Assembly: GCA_051362555.1 (NCBI GenBank) | Contig: CM120647.1 | Span: 4,960,001-5,024,000, forward strand | Reading direction: 5' to 3' | DNA length: 64,000 nucleotides | From: Lingula anatina | Lineage: Eukaryota > Animalia > Brachiopoda | Shown here: positions 12,878-25,629 of the stretch, piece by piece | How positions within the stretch are numbered: the first letter of the stretch is position 1 | Layout: the number at the start of each line of letters is the position of its first letter | The notes under the pieces: generated by a model | Database searches by the model: none | The model's input: only the letters and a program-made list of their open reading frames with translations | Told to the model about the DNA's origin: nothing | Made by a program: the position numbers and the translations under genes

Positions 12878-15021
12878 CGCTTAGTGTCTTTTGGACTTGC
12901 AATAACATGTATTGTATGTACGAGATAAGTTCAATGCAAGACATTGTTTGCGCATTACGAAAGCCACTGGAATAAAAACGATGACAAGCACAAAATCACC
13001 ACTATGAAAAGCATGACGCATACTGATCACTTTAAATAAATGCTATCACCTTGGTCATCAGGGTGCAATTTATCCCGTGTTTATGTTCCTTAACTTTTTG
13101 TCTGTTGCGTTGCAATTGCCTTGGATTTCCAAATCGTTTTCTTCGATTAATGGCGGATAAATAAAAGGAACAAAAATATATATATATACAGTGTCGTTGT
13201 GACATTTATTCTTTAATTGACTTTCTCAAAGAAGCAAACAAAAATACACGACTTTTTTATTGATATCAGAAAATTATGCAAATAATGTGCCGTTAAAAAG
13301 GTACGCGAGTGATACGTCTGCCCTCTTCTTGCTGCATGCCCCAGGACTCTCAAGCTTTGACGAAATTTTAGTAACTGTATCTGTAAGATTCCGAATAGGA
13401 TGACACATGACACTCTCAGACTGATGGAAAATGGTGGATTTGTTCACTATAGCCCAAACCAACATAACGGATATTAGTTTCTTAGTAGCACATAATAATT
13501 ACCACCTGGGATGGAAAAATCCAGATTACAATATTTCAAGTTCAGCTATTTTTGAATGCATAAATCACAAAATTGGATAAATTAGCTTTTTTTATTTTAA
13601 GACATTGTTAAATATCATGACATATGGATTTAAAAACAGACAATTTAAGTGTTTTTGCTCTCCTTTAAAAATGAAAAAGAAAAAAAAATACTTAAACTTT
13701 ACAAAATCTGTAAGTGTCACTTCCCGATGTCCCTGTTCAATTGTTTATTCACACAGAGCTGGTACTTAAGTATTATTGCTTTAGTTGGTATTGCTTCGCA
13801 ATTATACCGATAGATGTCTCTGTAAGTCAACTGCAGCCCCGTGTGCTAGTTTGATTCTCTTTCCTCAACGTTGCCTGATCTATCCTGAAAAATAATAATT
13901 AAATGTCAGTGTAAGAATCAGGGGCTCACCTATAAAAACACATAAAAACACAGCAAGATAACTGGAAGATAAATAATTATTATGGATAAAATGAAATTAT
14001 TATAATGATAAATATAATAATTATGTAATAGGAGAGGAGGGCCTGGCACATTGGAAGACGGCTGTGGGGAGGAACAGGCAAAGCTCAAACAGAGAGGGTG
14101 GGCGAAAGACTGATCAAATGTTTGAATATATAAGTTATCAATTAAGAATGTTTAAACAGAGTCAAAAATGTAATCGTTCTGACGACAAGGTCTGTTCAAG
14201 GGCCTGAAAATTTTTGGTGGTTTGGAGGGCAAACAGTGCCCTTTGGTAAGGTTCATCTATAATTAAGCTAGTCAAAATTCTAATTTAAAGAGGGGAATAT
14301 TAGTGTGATATATTTTTCAGAGAACGAAGGGGGGGGGGCAAGACCCTCCTGACCCCCCCCCCCCCCTCTAAATCCGCCACTGATTGGGTAGTTAATCAGT
14401 GAGACAACTGCTCAGTGTGATATTTTGTTACTTTGTTATTCGGTAGGTTATATGATGCGTCAGTTGTCCTTCACTAATGATGTGACACGGTTTGTGGTCG
14501 ATAGACATTGAAGCCACTGATAAAGTTAAAGAGATTCCCAGACAGGGGTAGTCACATAACAGGGATATAAACCACTGTTAATATCATGAGACCTTTCAAA
14601 CAAACCATGTAACGTTCATCAGATACAAGTACCATAAATGGTTGTTGTGGCCTTTTTTCTCCTTTCTTAAACTTATTGTTCTTAATGGATTTGAATATGT
14701 TATTAACGGCATGAAAGTTGCTCAGGGGAGACAATTGGACTGTAGATAACAGTCAGTCGTCTCCATTTCCTAGAACCAGCAGTGGACCAGTGACCTTAAT
14801 CCTGTATTTTTCCTGATATGTGGTATATTTCCTATTCTTCTTCCTATTCTTCTTCTTCTTTTTTTTCTTCTTCTTCTTCTTCTTATTATTATTATTACAT
14901 ATTATTATATAAACAACTTGTCGGGTGGAAGTGGAAATTCAGTCGCAAATGACGGTTCATTTACCAGAGACACCCTGATTAAAAGTGTCTTTAGAGTCTG
15001 CAGGACCAACGTAATTATTAC

Positions 15022-17051
15022 TGTAGAGCCGCATTTTGCAACCGACCGCATTTGAAAGTGCTACGCATTTTGCAACCAAAGAAAATCGTAAAAACGCATT
15101 TTGCAACTGCAACACATTTTGCAACTGCAACACATTTTGCAACCAGGTTTTTTTCTACGTCCCTGGAACAGTTTGAACTACGAAACAGGTAGAATTGGAG
15201 TGGGGACGGGTTTGCTTCGACTAGGTACGCTGAAACTGGTCAGGTTGCCTCTGGGGCGGGGAAAATATATAATATATATTTCTCATTGGGATTTTCTAGA
15301 CCATTAGAGTTAAGAAGTTGAAGCGTCAGGGCATAATAAAGACATTGTTAGGTATGTACATAGGCACTTTTTAATTTGTAAATTGGGGGTGTGACAGTTT
15401 CTTAGGGGTTGTTATTTGTAATTTTTACATTGTATTTTCTGTTATCTACCTTTATATCTTTTGAATAAGAAAATAAAAGTGTTGGGAATTAATACACTAT
15501 CGTAAGAAATGTGCCTGGGCTCTTCAGATTTTTTTGTGACTTAGCGTGTGGTTGTCCCTGAGGGTAGTTGAGATCGTTAGAGATGTGTTTAGGCACATCG
15601 GAATTTTTGGTTACTTGGGGAGTGGCCGTCCCTGGGGATAGTTGACTGTAATATTTTCACCGCAATTTCTTTCATCTCCTTCTAGACCATTCGAGTTAGG
15701 AACATGAGTCTTTAGTGCATGGGTACGGGGGAATTTTAGTGTGACTTCGAGTGTGACTGTCCCTGAGGGGATGAGTGATTGGTGGCATATGTCAGACAAT
15801 TAAGCTGATTTCACTGATTGCACTGAAGTGAGATCCCCTGCAGAGTTGGACCGACCCAGCTAGTAGGATGTGTGAATCTAAAAGCGGTCTTCGAGTTAAG
15901 AAGGAAAGGGGATGCAAAGAAAGCAGCAGACAGCACTTAATAACACACCTTCAGCGGTATGCTTGAATGTAGGTCAAGTTAATTAAAAACCCGTGCAAGA
16001 ACCCATACTTTCAGGAATCATTGTGCATAGCCTCTGTATACCGACACACCTACTAATCACATGTTTGTTTTGTATTAAGACACAACGGCTAGTTGAACGC
16101 CAGGATTTCTGAGTGTGTAGGGCCTTGAATGATTATTCAATTGGATTCCTTGACCTAAATTAATGCCTACGGCTGTAAGTCTGTTAAGTGCCATGTGCGC
16201 TGCTGCTGTTCTCTACATTCCTCAAAGACCCTTAAACAATCTTAAAAAGTGACTGGTTTATCAATCCCCAACCTTTCATGTCTCAATTTATATCATCAAA
16301 AACCCACAAGGACCCATACATATCCATAGAAACATGTTTTCAATCCCCATAGCCTTCCGTTCCTAACTTATATGGTCTCAAGGTAGATAGCAGAAATTTC
16401 TACGTCTAACTATATTCAACCACCCCCAGGACCACACCCCAAGTAAAAAAAAATCAAATGATACTGTAGCTATGTTTCATATTTTTAACTCAAATAGTCG
16501 ATACAATGGGTAGAGAGCATAAAATACGTTGTAAACATAAAATCAACCACCCCAGGGACCCCATGTCACAATGAATTTCCGAAGTGCCCAAAAACATTTC
16601 TTACCATAGTGTAATAAATAATCCCTATTATATTTCCTAATTCTAAAGATATAAGGGTAGATAGAAGAAAATACGAAGTAAAAACTGCAATCAACCACCC
16701 CTAGGGACGCCCCCCCCCCCCCCCAATTTACACAAAAAAAAAAGAAATCCCATGCAAGTGCCTAACAAAATGTTTAATAGTCGAAGCAAACCCGCCCCCA
16801 CTCCAGTTCTACCTATTTCGTACTTCAAACTGTTTCAGGGACTTACAAAAAAAAAAAAAAAAATGGTTGCGAAATGCGTTGCAGTTGCAAAATGCGTTTT
16901 TACAATTTTCTTTAGTTGCAAAATGCGTTGCAGTTGCAAAATGCGTTTTTACAATTTTCTTTAGTTGCAAAATGCGTTGCAGTTGCAAAATGCGTTTTTA
17001 CAATTTTCTTTAGTTGCAAAATGCGTTGCAGTTGCAAAATGCGGCTCTACA
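15022..17051. mobile_element. ~2.0-kb foldback-like non-autonomous DNA element (TGTAGAGCCGCATTTTGCAAC termini)
   Basis: Perfect 21-bp terminal inverted repeat; degenerate inverted symmetry extends over most of the element; subterminal tandem repeats. Splits the conserved upstream module (ATTATT-AC|AC-TC), implying a 2-bp AC duplication. Confidence 0.85.
16866..17051. repeat. 49-bp tandem repeat (~3.7 copies) in the right arm of the foldback element
   Basis: Unit GTTGCAAAATGCGTTGCAGTTGCAAAATGCGTTTTTACAATTTTCTTTA; inverted related units at 15030-15143. Confidence 0.95.
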
Positions 17052-17875
17052 ACTCATTTATGAACGTAGGGACATCTTGCTATCCCACAAAATATCCATA
17101 CTGACAATGAGGCATAATGAATGAGAAAGTAAGGAAATAGTCTGTAAACTTGCGCTTAGTATTCAATTGGCATGGCCACATTCCAAAATGTAAACCCCAA
17201 CATATTGCACTGCAATTAAACAGTAGCAACAATGCGTAATGATCTTGTCATCCTCTGTACATCCCTCAAAGCAATGTGTGTTTATTTCTTTATTAGGCGC
17301 CGGACGCAATAATAGTCTCATTTTACTGCACAGTTTTGTAAAAGCAGTTTTGTAAAAGCATGTTGTTGTCTGACAGATCCTGTTCACGACGACAGTTAAA
17401 CATTTAAGGAGCGAACGTTGAGACATTATGGATGACCATGGCTGCATTTAGACTATCATTACAACAGACAGCTATTCCATTCAAGGTCGCGTTGAGGTTC
17501 CCGTGTTCTTAAGAAATTTCGTTCCAATTTCATACATTTCAGTGTATTTTCAGACAAAGCCATTGCATGATTTAGTTTAGGCTTTTCCGCCCTTTACAAA
17601 TCGTTTTGACACCTGATTACATTTACATTTGGAGTGCAATGACCGTCTTTGTGAAGCGATGTTTGAACGCGACCGGTGAATCTACATATGTCCCCTAAAT
17701 CATTACAAATGTCACAAACATTTTGAAGTAGACTGCCATTAAATTTATCCTTGGCGCTTACATTGGCCTTTGGCAACAACAGGACATTAGGTGTGCCAGC
17801 GGCGCATCGGTTCTTAGTGTTATATAAGACAGCTCGGGTATTAGTTACGTTATCAGATCCAACGCTGGAACCGAA

Positions 17876-20800
17876 ATGAAGGGATTCTGTGCACTCATTC
17901 TGACTGCTGTTCTGTTGCTGAACGAGGGATATGTGGCTAACTCTGTTCCCTGGAGTAAAGGTACGTGATTGATAATTGTATTCCATTAATTTTCGATGAT
18001 TAGGACAACGTAAAACGTAATAAACCGTGCACCTTGATTGACATTCTTTATAGGTAAATTTGCACTTATGTCCCAGCTTTGCAATATTTCTCAGCATAAT
18101 AGATATTGAGGTTTATATCAGTACTGTTCATAAAAAAAAATTAAAAAAAATATTAAAAAATTAACTGACACTGACGTCCTACTCCTACTCCTACATATTC
18201 ATTACAATAAGCGTTTTAACGCTTATTGTAATGAATATGTAGGAGTTAAAATTCCAAAAGAAATATAATTATGGCATATACTGGTTTATTGATCATCACA
18301 CAGACTTCTTAGTCGTAGCCACTGATGTCTTTTACAGATCAATTGATTTTCATAATACATGTAATAAAACCCTGAATTTCAAGGTGTGAAAATAAAAGCT
18401 ACATATTGCATAAAAGGTGAATTGGAATTATTATATTTATTTATTAGAGATCAAACTGGTAACAGTTAAAGATATAAAATCAATTTTTTGCCAAAAACCC
18501 AGCCAAACGCCAGCATATAGTTTCAAGTAGTATAACTAAGAGAATTACCAAAGGGCATTGTTTAATTTTACCTGAAAATGATGTTTGAATGTTTTTTTCT
18601 TCTGTTAGCATGTTATGCTATATGTCAATGGGGCAGAAAAGTAGGTCACGAAAGTAGGTTAAATTACTGAACAAAAATTTAAAGAAAGGAGCAGTCAAAA
18701 GCTCTTTTACGGCTGATCGAATAATCTATTCAGTTTATCCCTTCGCATGTCGAATTTATTTGAGAGTAAGAAACTAGTAAGAGTAGTTTATATGTGTTAC
18801 AGGGAATCCAGGCTCCACCGATGCTCAGTTCGTACAGTATGTACCTTTAATAGTAATTGTTTTAAGTTAAATGTCTCTTACGACTTGGTAAACATGAAAA
18901 CATGTATGATCATAGAAGTCACTTGTGGTGTTTACTCTCGCTTACCATGATATCTGTAATCATACATGTACCACGGCTGGTGCTTCCAACAACGGCATAA
19001 TTGCATTTGTATTTCGCATACAGGCATGCCTGCATTCTTATTCTCATACAAATCCATTCCAATGCGTTCATTCTATGTATGAAGCGCCAGCCGTGGTATA
19101 ATTAACTACTCGTCGTCCAGTGTGTCCGACATACAAGAGCAACTTGTATCTCGGTTGCGCTTACGCTCTTACATGTCGCATATAGCGGACGACTTGTGTT
19201 ATAACTAGTAAATATAACTAGAAAATATAATTATTTATTGCCATAATTCATTATACTATCAACAAGGGAGATCTACGACGGCAAGTGAGCTCGCGCACAT
19301 TTTAGTGACGGTTGCGGCTCCCTGTACGTTCAAGCAAACCAACTGTAAGAATCCTGCTCTTGATATTGTCTTCGCTTTGGACAGCAGTTCGAGCATTGAT
19401 GATACGGAATTTAAGGTGCAGAAATATGCAACACAGGTAAGAGTTCCTTTGATAACGCTGAATTCAATATTTAAAAATAATTCTCAAAAGACACTTAGTT
19501 TTACTTGGAATTTAAGATAAAAAATCACAAGATACACTGCTTTATTTTTCCACAACGCCAGCGATCTTTTTGTGGGTTATTTCATATGTGCTTGAATAAG
19601 TGTCATACGTAATACAATAAATATATGTGGCGAGCATCGACTTTTTTATTTTAATCTGATACAGAGTGGTCTAATTTTAACTATATATATATTTCGTAAT
19701 TAGATAGTCATTTTGGGATTAGAATGGTAGGTTTGTTCCCTGTGTGCTTTATAGGGGGTGATTCACAATTTACAAACTGTGTTAACGCCACATCATATAA
19801 CCTGTCAAAATGAATGTTTTAACATGTTTAATTTTATGCATTCTTAAGATGCCATCGTCGTAGGTATGTTAATTTCGGATGTATTAAATGAATTGAAGCC
19901 AGACATTCCTTTTTTGTTCAGTTGATCGCTGAATTCATTGATAAGCATGGTCTCATTGCCCCTGACGGAACCCGGGTTGGTGCATTGACGTTTGCCACTG
20001 ATGTGGTCAGAGAGTTCGAGCTTAATGAATACACCGACTTGGCCACCATTAAAGCTTACATAGATGCGATTGACAATAGAGGTAAGCCCATTTCTTTTCT
20101 TGGCCGCTTTCTCCTCTCTGTCTTTTTCTCTCTGTCATAAACATAAACACATGCACACACTTACCCTCTTGTTCACATGCACACACACACGTGCATGCGC
20201 TCACATACATACACTACAAACCATTTATTTTTCTCTTTACAAGTCGGAGCTACGAACATAAAGTTGGCTTTAGAGACTGCGCAGCTCATGTTTGAAGATT
20301 TTTTCTTGGAAGAAAGTCAGAAGATAATATGGCTACTTGCTGACAGAGTGTATAACCTGGGCGATCCGCGACCAAGGGCAACAAGCATGAAAAAACAAGG
20401 TTCGTATATCCCTTTCGCCTGTATTGAAAAAAACGATCAAATTTTCATTCAGTCTTAATCACGACTCTGGTGGTTTTAAGCCAACTAAGTTATTGTTTTG
20501 CAAATGATTTGAAATGATGTGGGGCAAGCGTTCTGTAAAAGACAGTAAATATATAATGCTGTTTTTTATTTTATTTTATTATTTATTTTACTTATTTTTG
20601 TTTTTTTAATGAAGCGGCAAATACAATCAGCCCGTTTTTCACTTTTTTTTTTTTTTTATAAGACCATTGTTGATGTGACCCTTGAAATACACTCACAGTT
20701 CAAATAAGTATTAACAAACAAAAAATAAATATATTTCAGCGTTCTTGGGAATAACTTTATAGTTTCTGTCTTCATCATTTATCAAATAACTATCTTTATT

Positions 20801-20966
20801 TCAAGGATGGATTATCTGCGTGGTTGTTATTGGTAACCATGGGAATGTAGACGAAATTGCCGACATAGCATCTCCGGGATGTGCTGTCAAATTTGGAAGT
20901 TTTACAGAGTACGCAAAGGTGGCAAAAGAGGCTCAGGGCCTAGACCACAAAAATATAATTGCCTAA
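17876..20966 (+). CDS. Secreted single-VWA-domain protein, copy 3 (243 aa, acidic subfamily)
   Basis: Exons 17876-17960, 19267-19436, 19922-20081, 20244-20399, 20806-20966, in frame. Signal MKGFCALILTAVLLLNEGYVANS; DIVFALDSSSSI, GATN, LLADR; ends AQGLDHKNIIA*. Confidence 0.88.
18470..18846. mobile_element. TTAA-flanked (Kolobok-like) non-autonomous element in VWA-3 intron 1; related copy at ~46818-47100
   Basis: TTAA|AGATATA...TGTACCT|TTAA. About 280 bp are closely similar to a segment of VWA-6 intron 1. Confidence 0.6.
18971..19096. mobile_element. Small TA-flanked (Tc1/mariner-type) MITE
   Basis: TA|CCACGGCTGGTGCTTC...GAAGCGCCAGCCGTGG|TA; followed by another small palindrome at ~19102-19205. 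Confidence 0.7.
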
Positions 20967-21939
20967 CTCTTCATGTCATTTGGACTCGCAATACCATCAA
21001 TGTACGAGATCCGTTCAATATAAAAAAGATGTTTGCACGTTATATGTAATTAAAAGAGAACAATGACGAAAACTTAACCACCACTATCACAAGCACGAAG
21101 AATACTGATCATTTTAAATAAATGCTATCACCTTGGTCATCAGGGTGTAATTTATCTCGTGTTTATGTTCTTTAACTTTTTGTCTGGCCTGTTGTAATTG
21201 ATTTGGATTTCCAAAAGCCATTTATGGCTCAGTGTAAACACACTCTTTTCAGTACAATGTCACTTTGTGTCTTTTAATTGCAACATGTCAAAATCAGTGC
21301 GAGACGAACATGTACGCCCCCCTCCACACTAACATTATAAAATAATAGGCAATGACAATGATGATGATTAAGCATGGGGTGTCCAGACAGGATATATTGA
21401 AATGGCTGTTGCACAAAAACATCAACCTGATACATTTTTAAAAGTTTGCTCTAATTCTGTTCTACGGATCTTTCCTTGATTAATATGTTTCTTCGATTTT
21501 TTCCTATTTTACGACTGATGAATTAAAAAAGAAAATATATATAGTGCATTAATAACTATGAATACTATGTTCAATGCCATTGTGACATTAGTTCTTTAAC
21601 CTAATTATTGGAGAGGCAAAAAATAAAAATAAAATAAAATACACGGCTTAATTATTCTGATTTAAAACAACCAAAAAGAACTATTAGTATCAAATAATTA
21701 TGCAAATAAATAGCTGTTAAAAAGTTACGCGACCAACCAAGGAGACTCATACCTGTGTCTATGTAGTCACAAACGCGATCAGTGACACGCCTGGTCTCTT
21801 ACTGCTGTTTCCAGGACTCTCAAGCTTTGATGAATAATTTAGCAACTGTCTCTGTAAGGTTCCAAATAGGGTGACACATAACCCTCTCAGATTCTGATGG
21901 AAAACGGTGCACTTGTTCCTTATTGCCCCTCCTCCTCCC

Positions 21940-21954
21940 CCCAAACCCCCCCCC

Positions 21955-22000
<46 letters not shown>

Positions 22001-22022
22001 AAACCAAAAAAAAAAAAAAAAA
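21940..22022. repeat. Poly-C/poly-A low-complexity run
   Basis: Direct reading; absent at the paralogous position ~13450. Confidence 0.9.
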
Positions 22023-23510
22023 CGGATACTGGTTTGTGTTTATCACCCTCGTTTGCCAGGTAACAGCAGTTTTTTTACTAATTCCCACCCAAGATGGCAT
22101 AAACCAAGATGACATAAACCGTGTAAATCATAAAGGTGGATAAATGAACATTTTTTTTCATTTTCAGCCACTGTTAAATATCATACCATATCCTAACTGA
22201 TTTACGTATAAGTAAGTGTTTTTGCTGGTCTATAAAAATGAGAAAAAATTAACTTTACCTAAACATTTTATTTAAAAAAGTATTTGAGAGGAAAATTTCA
22301 AACTTAACTTTAAAACATTCTAAAATAAATTAAAATATGCAACTTTTGGCCTTAATTTATTAGTATTTATTTTGCATATTTTCACAATATATTTAAAGAA
22401 AAAAATCTAAGGGTGTCAATTCCCAATGTCCCTGTGTTATTTTTCTGATTCTTGCAGAGACTGGTACTTACGTAATATTGCTTTAGTTGATATTGCTTTG
22501 CAATTATACCGGTAGATGTCTCTATAAGCCCGGTGTGCTAGTTTGTTTCTCTTTCCCTAACGTTGCATGATCTATCCTGAAGATTAATAAGATAATAATA
22601 ATTCAGTAAAATAATTATGGGCTCATCTTCCAAAAACAACAAAATACAGCTAGCTATCTGAAAGATAGATAATAATCATGGATAAAATCAACATATTATA
22701 ATGAAAAATAATGTAATAGGTTTGGTAGTACTACAGTCACTGTCGACTGTATTTTCGAGAGTTTTATAAAAGACACGGTGTCTGGTTACTAACTAGTTGT
22801 TATGTCACCGGGCCAGTTATTCAGTCAGTCAACTATTGGGTAGTTCGACAACTATTAAGTGTGCCAGACAATTAGTTACTTATTCGGTCCGTTCAATGAT
22901 GTGCTAGTTGTCCTTTACTCGACTCACCATGTGACACGCAAGGGTTTATGGTCGACAGACACTGATGCGACTAATAAACACTGAGGAGAATCTAAGCCAG
23001 GATATGATTGCTGTAGTTGCCTAACAGAGATGTGACACCATGCACTCTGAATATCACCTGATCTTGCAAACAAAGCGATTAACGTTCATCAGACGCAGTT
23101 AGTAGCACAGGAGGTTGGCTGATCCGCGTTTTTGTTATGCTCTGTGAAGATGGAAATACCCTTGCTGAAATCTTGAAATACCAATAACATTTTTAAATGT
23201 AACTGTAGACAAGGTGAGCGAAATATCAATAGGCATGGATATTGTTTAACACAGAGCAGTATTTGAAATGACATTTGTCAAATATTTTACATGTAATGCA
23301 TGTTTTGCTTATGTTTTCTGTAACTTTTCTTTTCAGCAATTTTATACCTTTTTTCATAATGTTCTTGGATCTATAGAAAAAACTACAAAGTAGCGTATGG
23401 GAGACAAAAAGGCGAGACAAAGTGTCTGCCTTCTCCATTGCCTGGGGTCAGGAGAGAATATTATATACGCTGATGGTATACCATTTACTCATATGCCAAG
23501 ATCCAAGCTC

Positions 23511-23557
<47 letters not shown>

Positions 23558-24092
23558 TTTCCGCCAAGGGGTAAGGTATTTGATTCACTTTGCTTGTACG
23601 TACGTTAGCAATATTTTGCGATAGGTAATGGGAGTCTGCCAAGGAACAAATGCTCAGATTTTGCTGGTGCTCTGTATCACCATCCACCCTATTTATATAT
23701 GTAAAACCCAGCACTGCCAAGGCTTCATTTGCTACATGCAATCTCCTCTTTCCGTTTCCGTCCTGCAACGCATGCGCCATAACCTCCGCACTCCGGTTCT
23801 CTCAGGACATATTTTTTTAGATGCAACATGCGTAGCACAGTCAATAACAGGGTGGTCTGTTTACATAGAGATGTTATGTGACAGTGGCGGTATTTGCTTC
23901 ATTTGGCTTAGGGATATTTCCGGTGCAATGCAATTCTTTGTTCTCAGCATTTCGAGGTATGCACTGCCACCCTCGCGATATGCACACTAAACACATCGCG
24001 CTGACGCCCGGGATGTTCTGGCATATATCGAATGGGTGACAATGTGTTATCTCCCATACACCTATTTTCATTGACAATAAATTGATAATGAT

Positions 24093-24095
<3 letters not shown>

Positions 24096-24152
<57 letters not shown>
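24096..24152. repeat. Poly-T run
   Basis: Direct reading; the paralogous site (~44840) has only a short T run. Confidence 0.9.
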
Positions 24153-24154
<2 letters not shown>

Positions 24155-25629
24155 GGAGGTCGGGGTTCTCTGTGTTAATGTAGTTTTTATGTTGTTCATG
24201 TCGTTGGTGTTGTCTCCCCCTTTTCTGTATTCATATTAAGTAATGTGGCCGTTACCTCAGTGCAGCATTAAGGAAAAATATATAGATATTAATGTCATCA
24301 TCAAAGCTGAAAGCAATTTAGCAAGAAACTCCTCGGAGTTTGATCGATCCTGTTACATAGAACTAGGTATGGGAACCCAGTCGTAGACTATCATTACAAC
24401 AGACAGCTATTTCCTTTAAGCCTGCATGCGTTGAGACTCCTGTGATCTTTATAACTTTTGTTCCAATTTCATACATTCCCGTGTATTTTGAGACAAAGCA
24501 ATTGCAGATTCTGGTTGGAGTTGTTCCGCACTTTGCAATTTGCTTTGATACAGGTTAGCCATTGCTGTTTTCGATTGGAGCGTCATATGGCTTCGCCAGC
24601 AATTCCTCACCGGAGTGAACTGAGTAATCAACCGATACAAACCCAATAAACAACGTGTCACTTGGGAGTGGATATTTAGTGACAAGTGACTGTTCATTTG
24701 CCAGAGATACCCTGATCAAAAGTGTCTTTAGAGTCTACATATTATTATTACTCCTTCTTGAAGTCTGGAAGGTTGGTGGTCATTTTAGGAAAACCTTGTT
24801 TTCCTGCAAAACTTCCATACTGACACTATGTCGTAATCAATGTGAGGGTAAATAACTGGTCTTTAAACATGCGCTTAGCATTCAATTGGCATGGCGACAT
24901 ATCAAAATGTAAAACCCAACATATCGCGCTACCATTAAAGGTGTAGTAACATGACGCAACTTTCTTGTAATCCTCTGTACATCCCTCAAAGCAATTTGTA
25001 TTTATTTCCTAACAAGGCGCCGGGCGCAATAATTGTCTCATTTTACTTCTTACTTCTAGTTTTGTAAAAACCTAGTTGTCTCAAAGAACATGTTCTTGGC
25101 AGAAATTAAACATTTAACGAGCGGAAGTAAAGGCATTATGGTGGAACATGGCTGCATTTAGACTATCATTACAACAGACAGCTATTCCCTCCAAGTTTGT
25201 CTTGAGGACTCGTTTTCTTTAAGGCTTTGTGTCCCAATTGAATACATGGTTGTGTATTTTGAAACAACCAATTGCAGGATTTAGTGTGGGTTATTCCTTG
25301 TTTTACAATTCGTTTTGATACAGGTAATTCAATGACGTTTTCATTTGGAGCACAAGGGTAGTTTTAAGGAAGCGATGTGTAAACGCAACCGGTGAGTGTA
25401 CATCTTACCCCTCAGTTAATACAAAAGTCACATATATGTTATGGTAGACTGCCATATTCTCTAGTAGCAGACTGCCATTAAATTTGTCCTTGGCGATTAC
25501 ATTGGCCATAGGCAATAACAACACAATAAGTGTGTCAGAGGCGCATCCGTTGTTAGTATTATATAAGGCAGCGCAGCTACTAGTTACGTTATGCAGATCC
25601 AACGCTGGCTGTCGACAGCCGGAATCGAT

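Noticed and set aside
17594-18097. 167-aa minus-strand ORF
   Set aside because: Antisense to the VWA-3 promoter and exon 1; not open in the paralogs.
24096-24152. Poly-T as a retroposon tail
   Set aside because: The paralogous site (~44830-44860) has the same flanks with a short T run, so this is slippage expansion.
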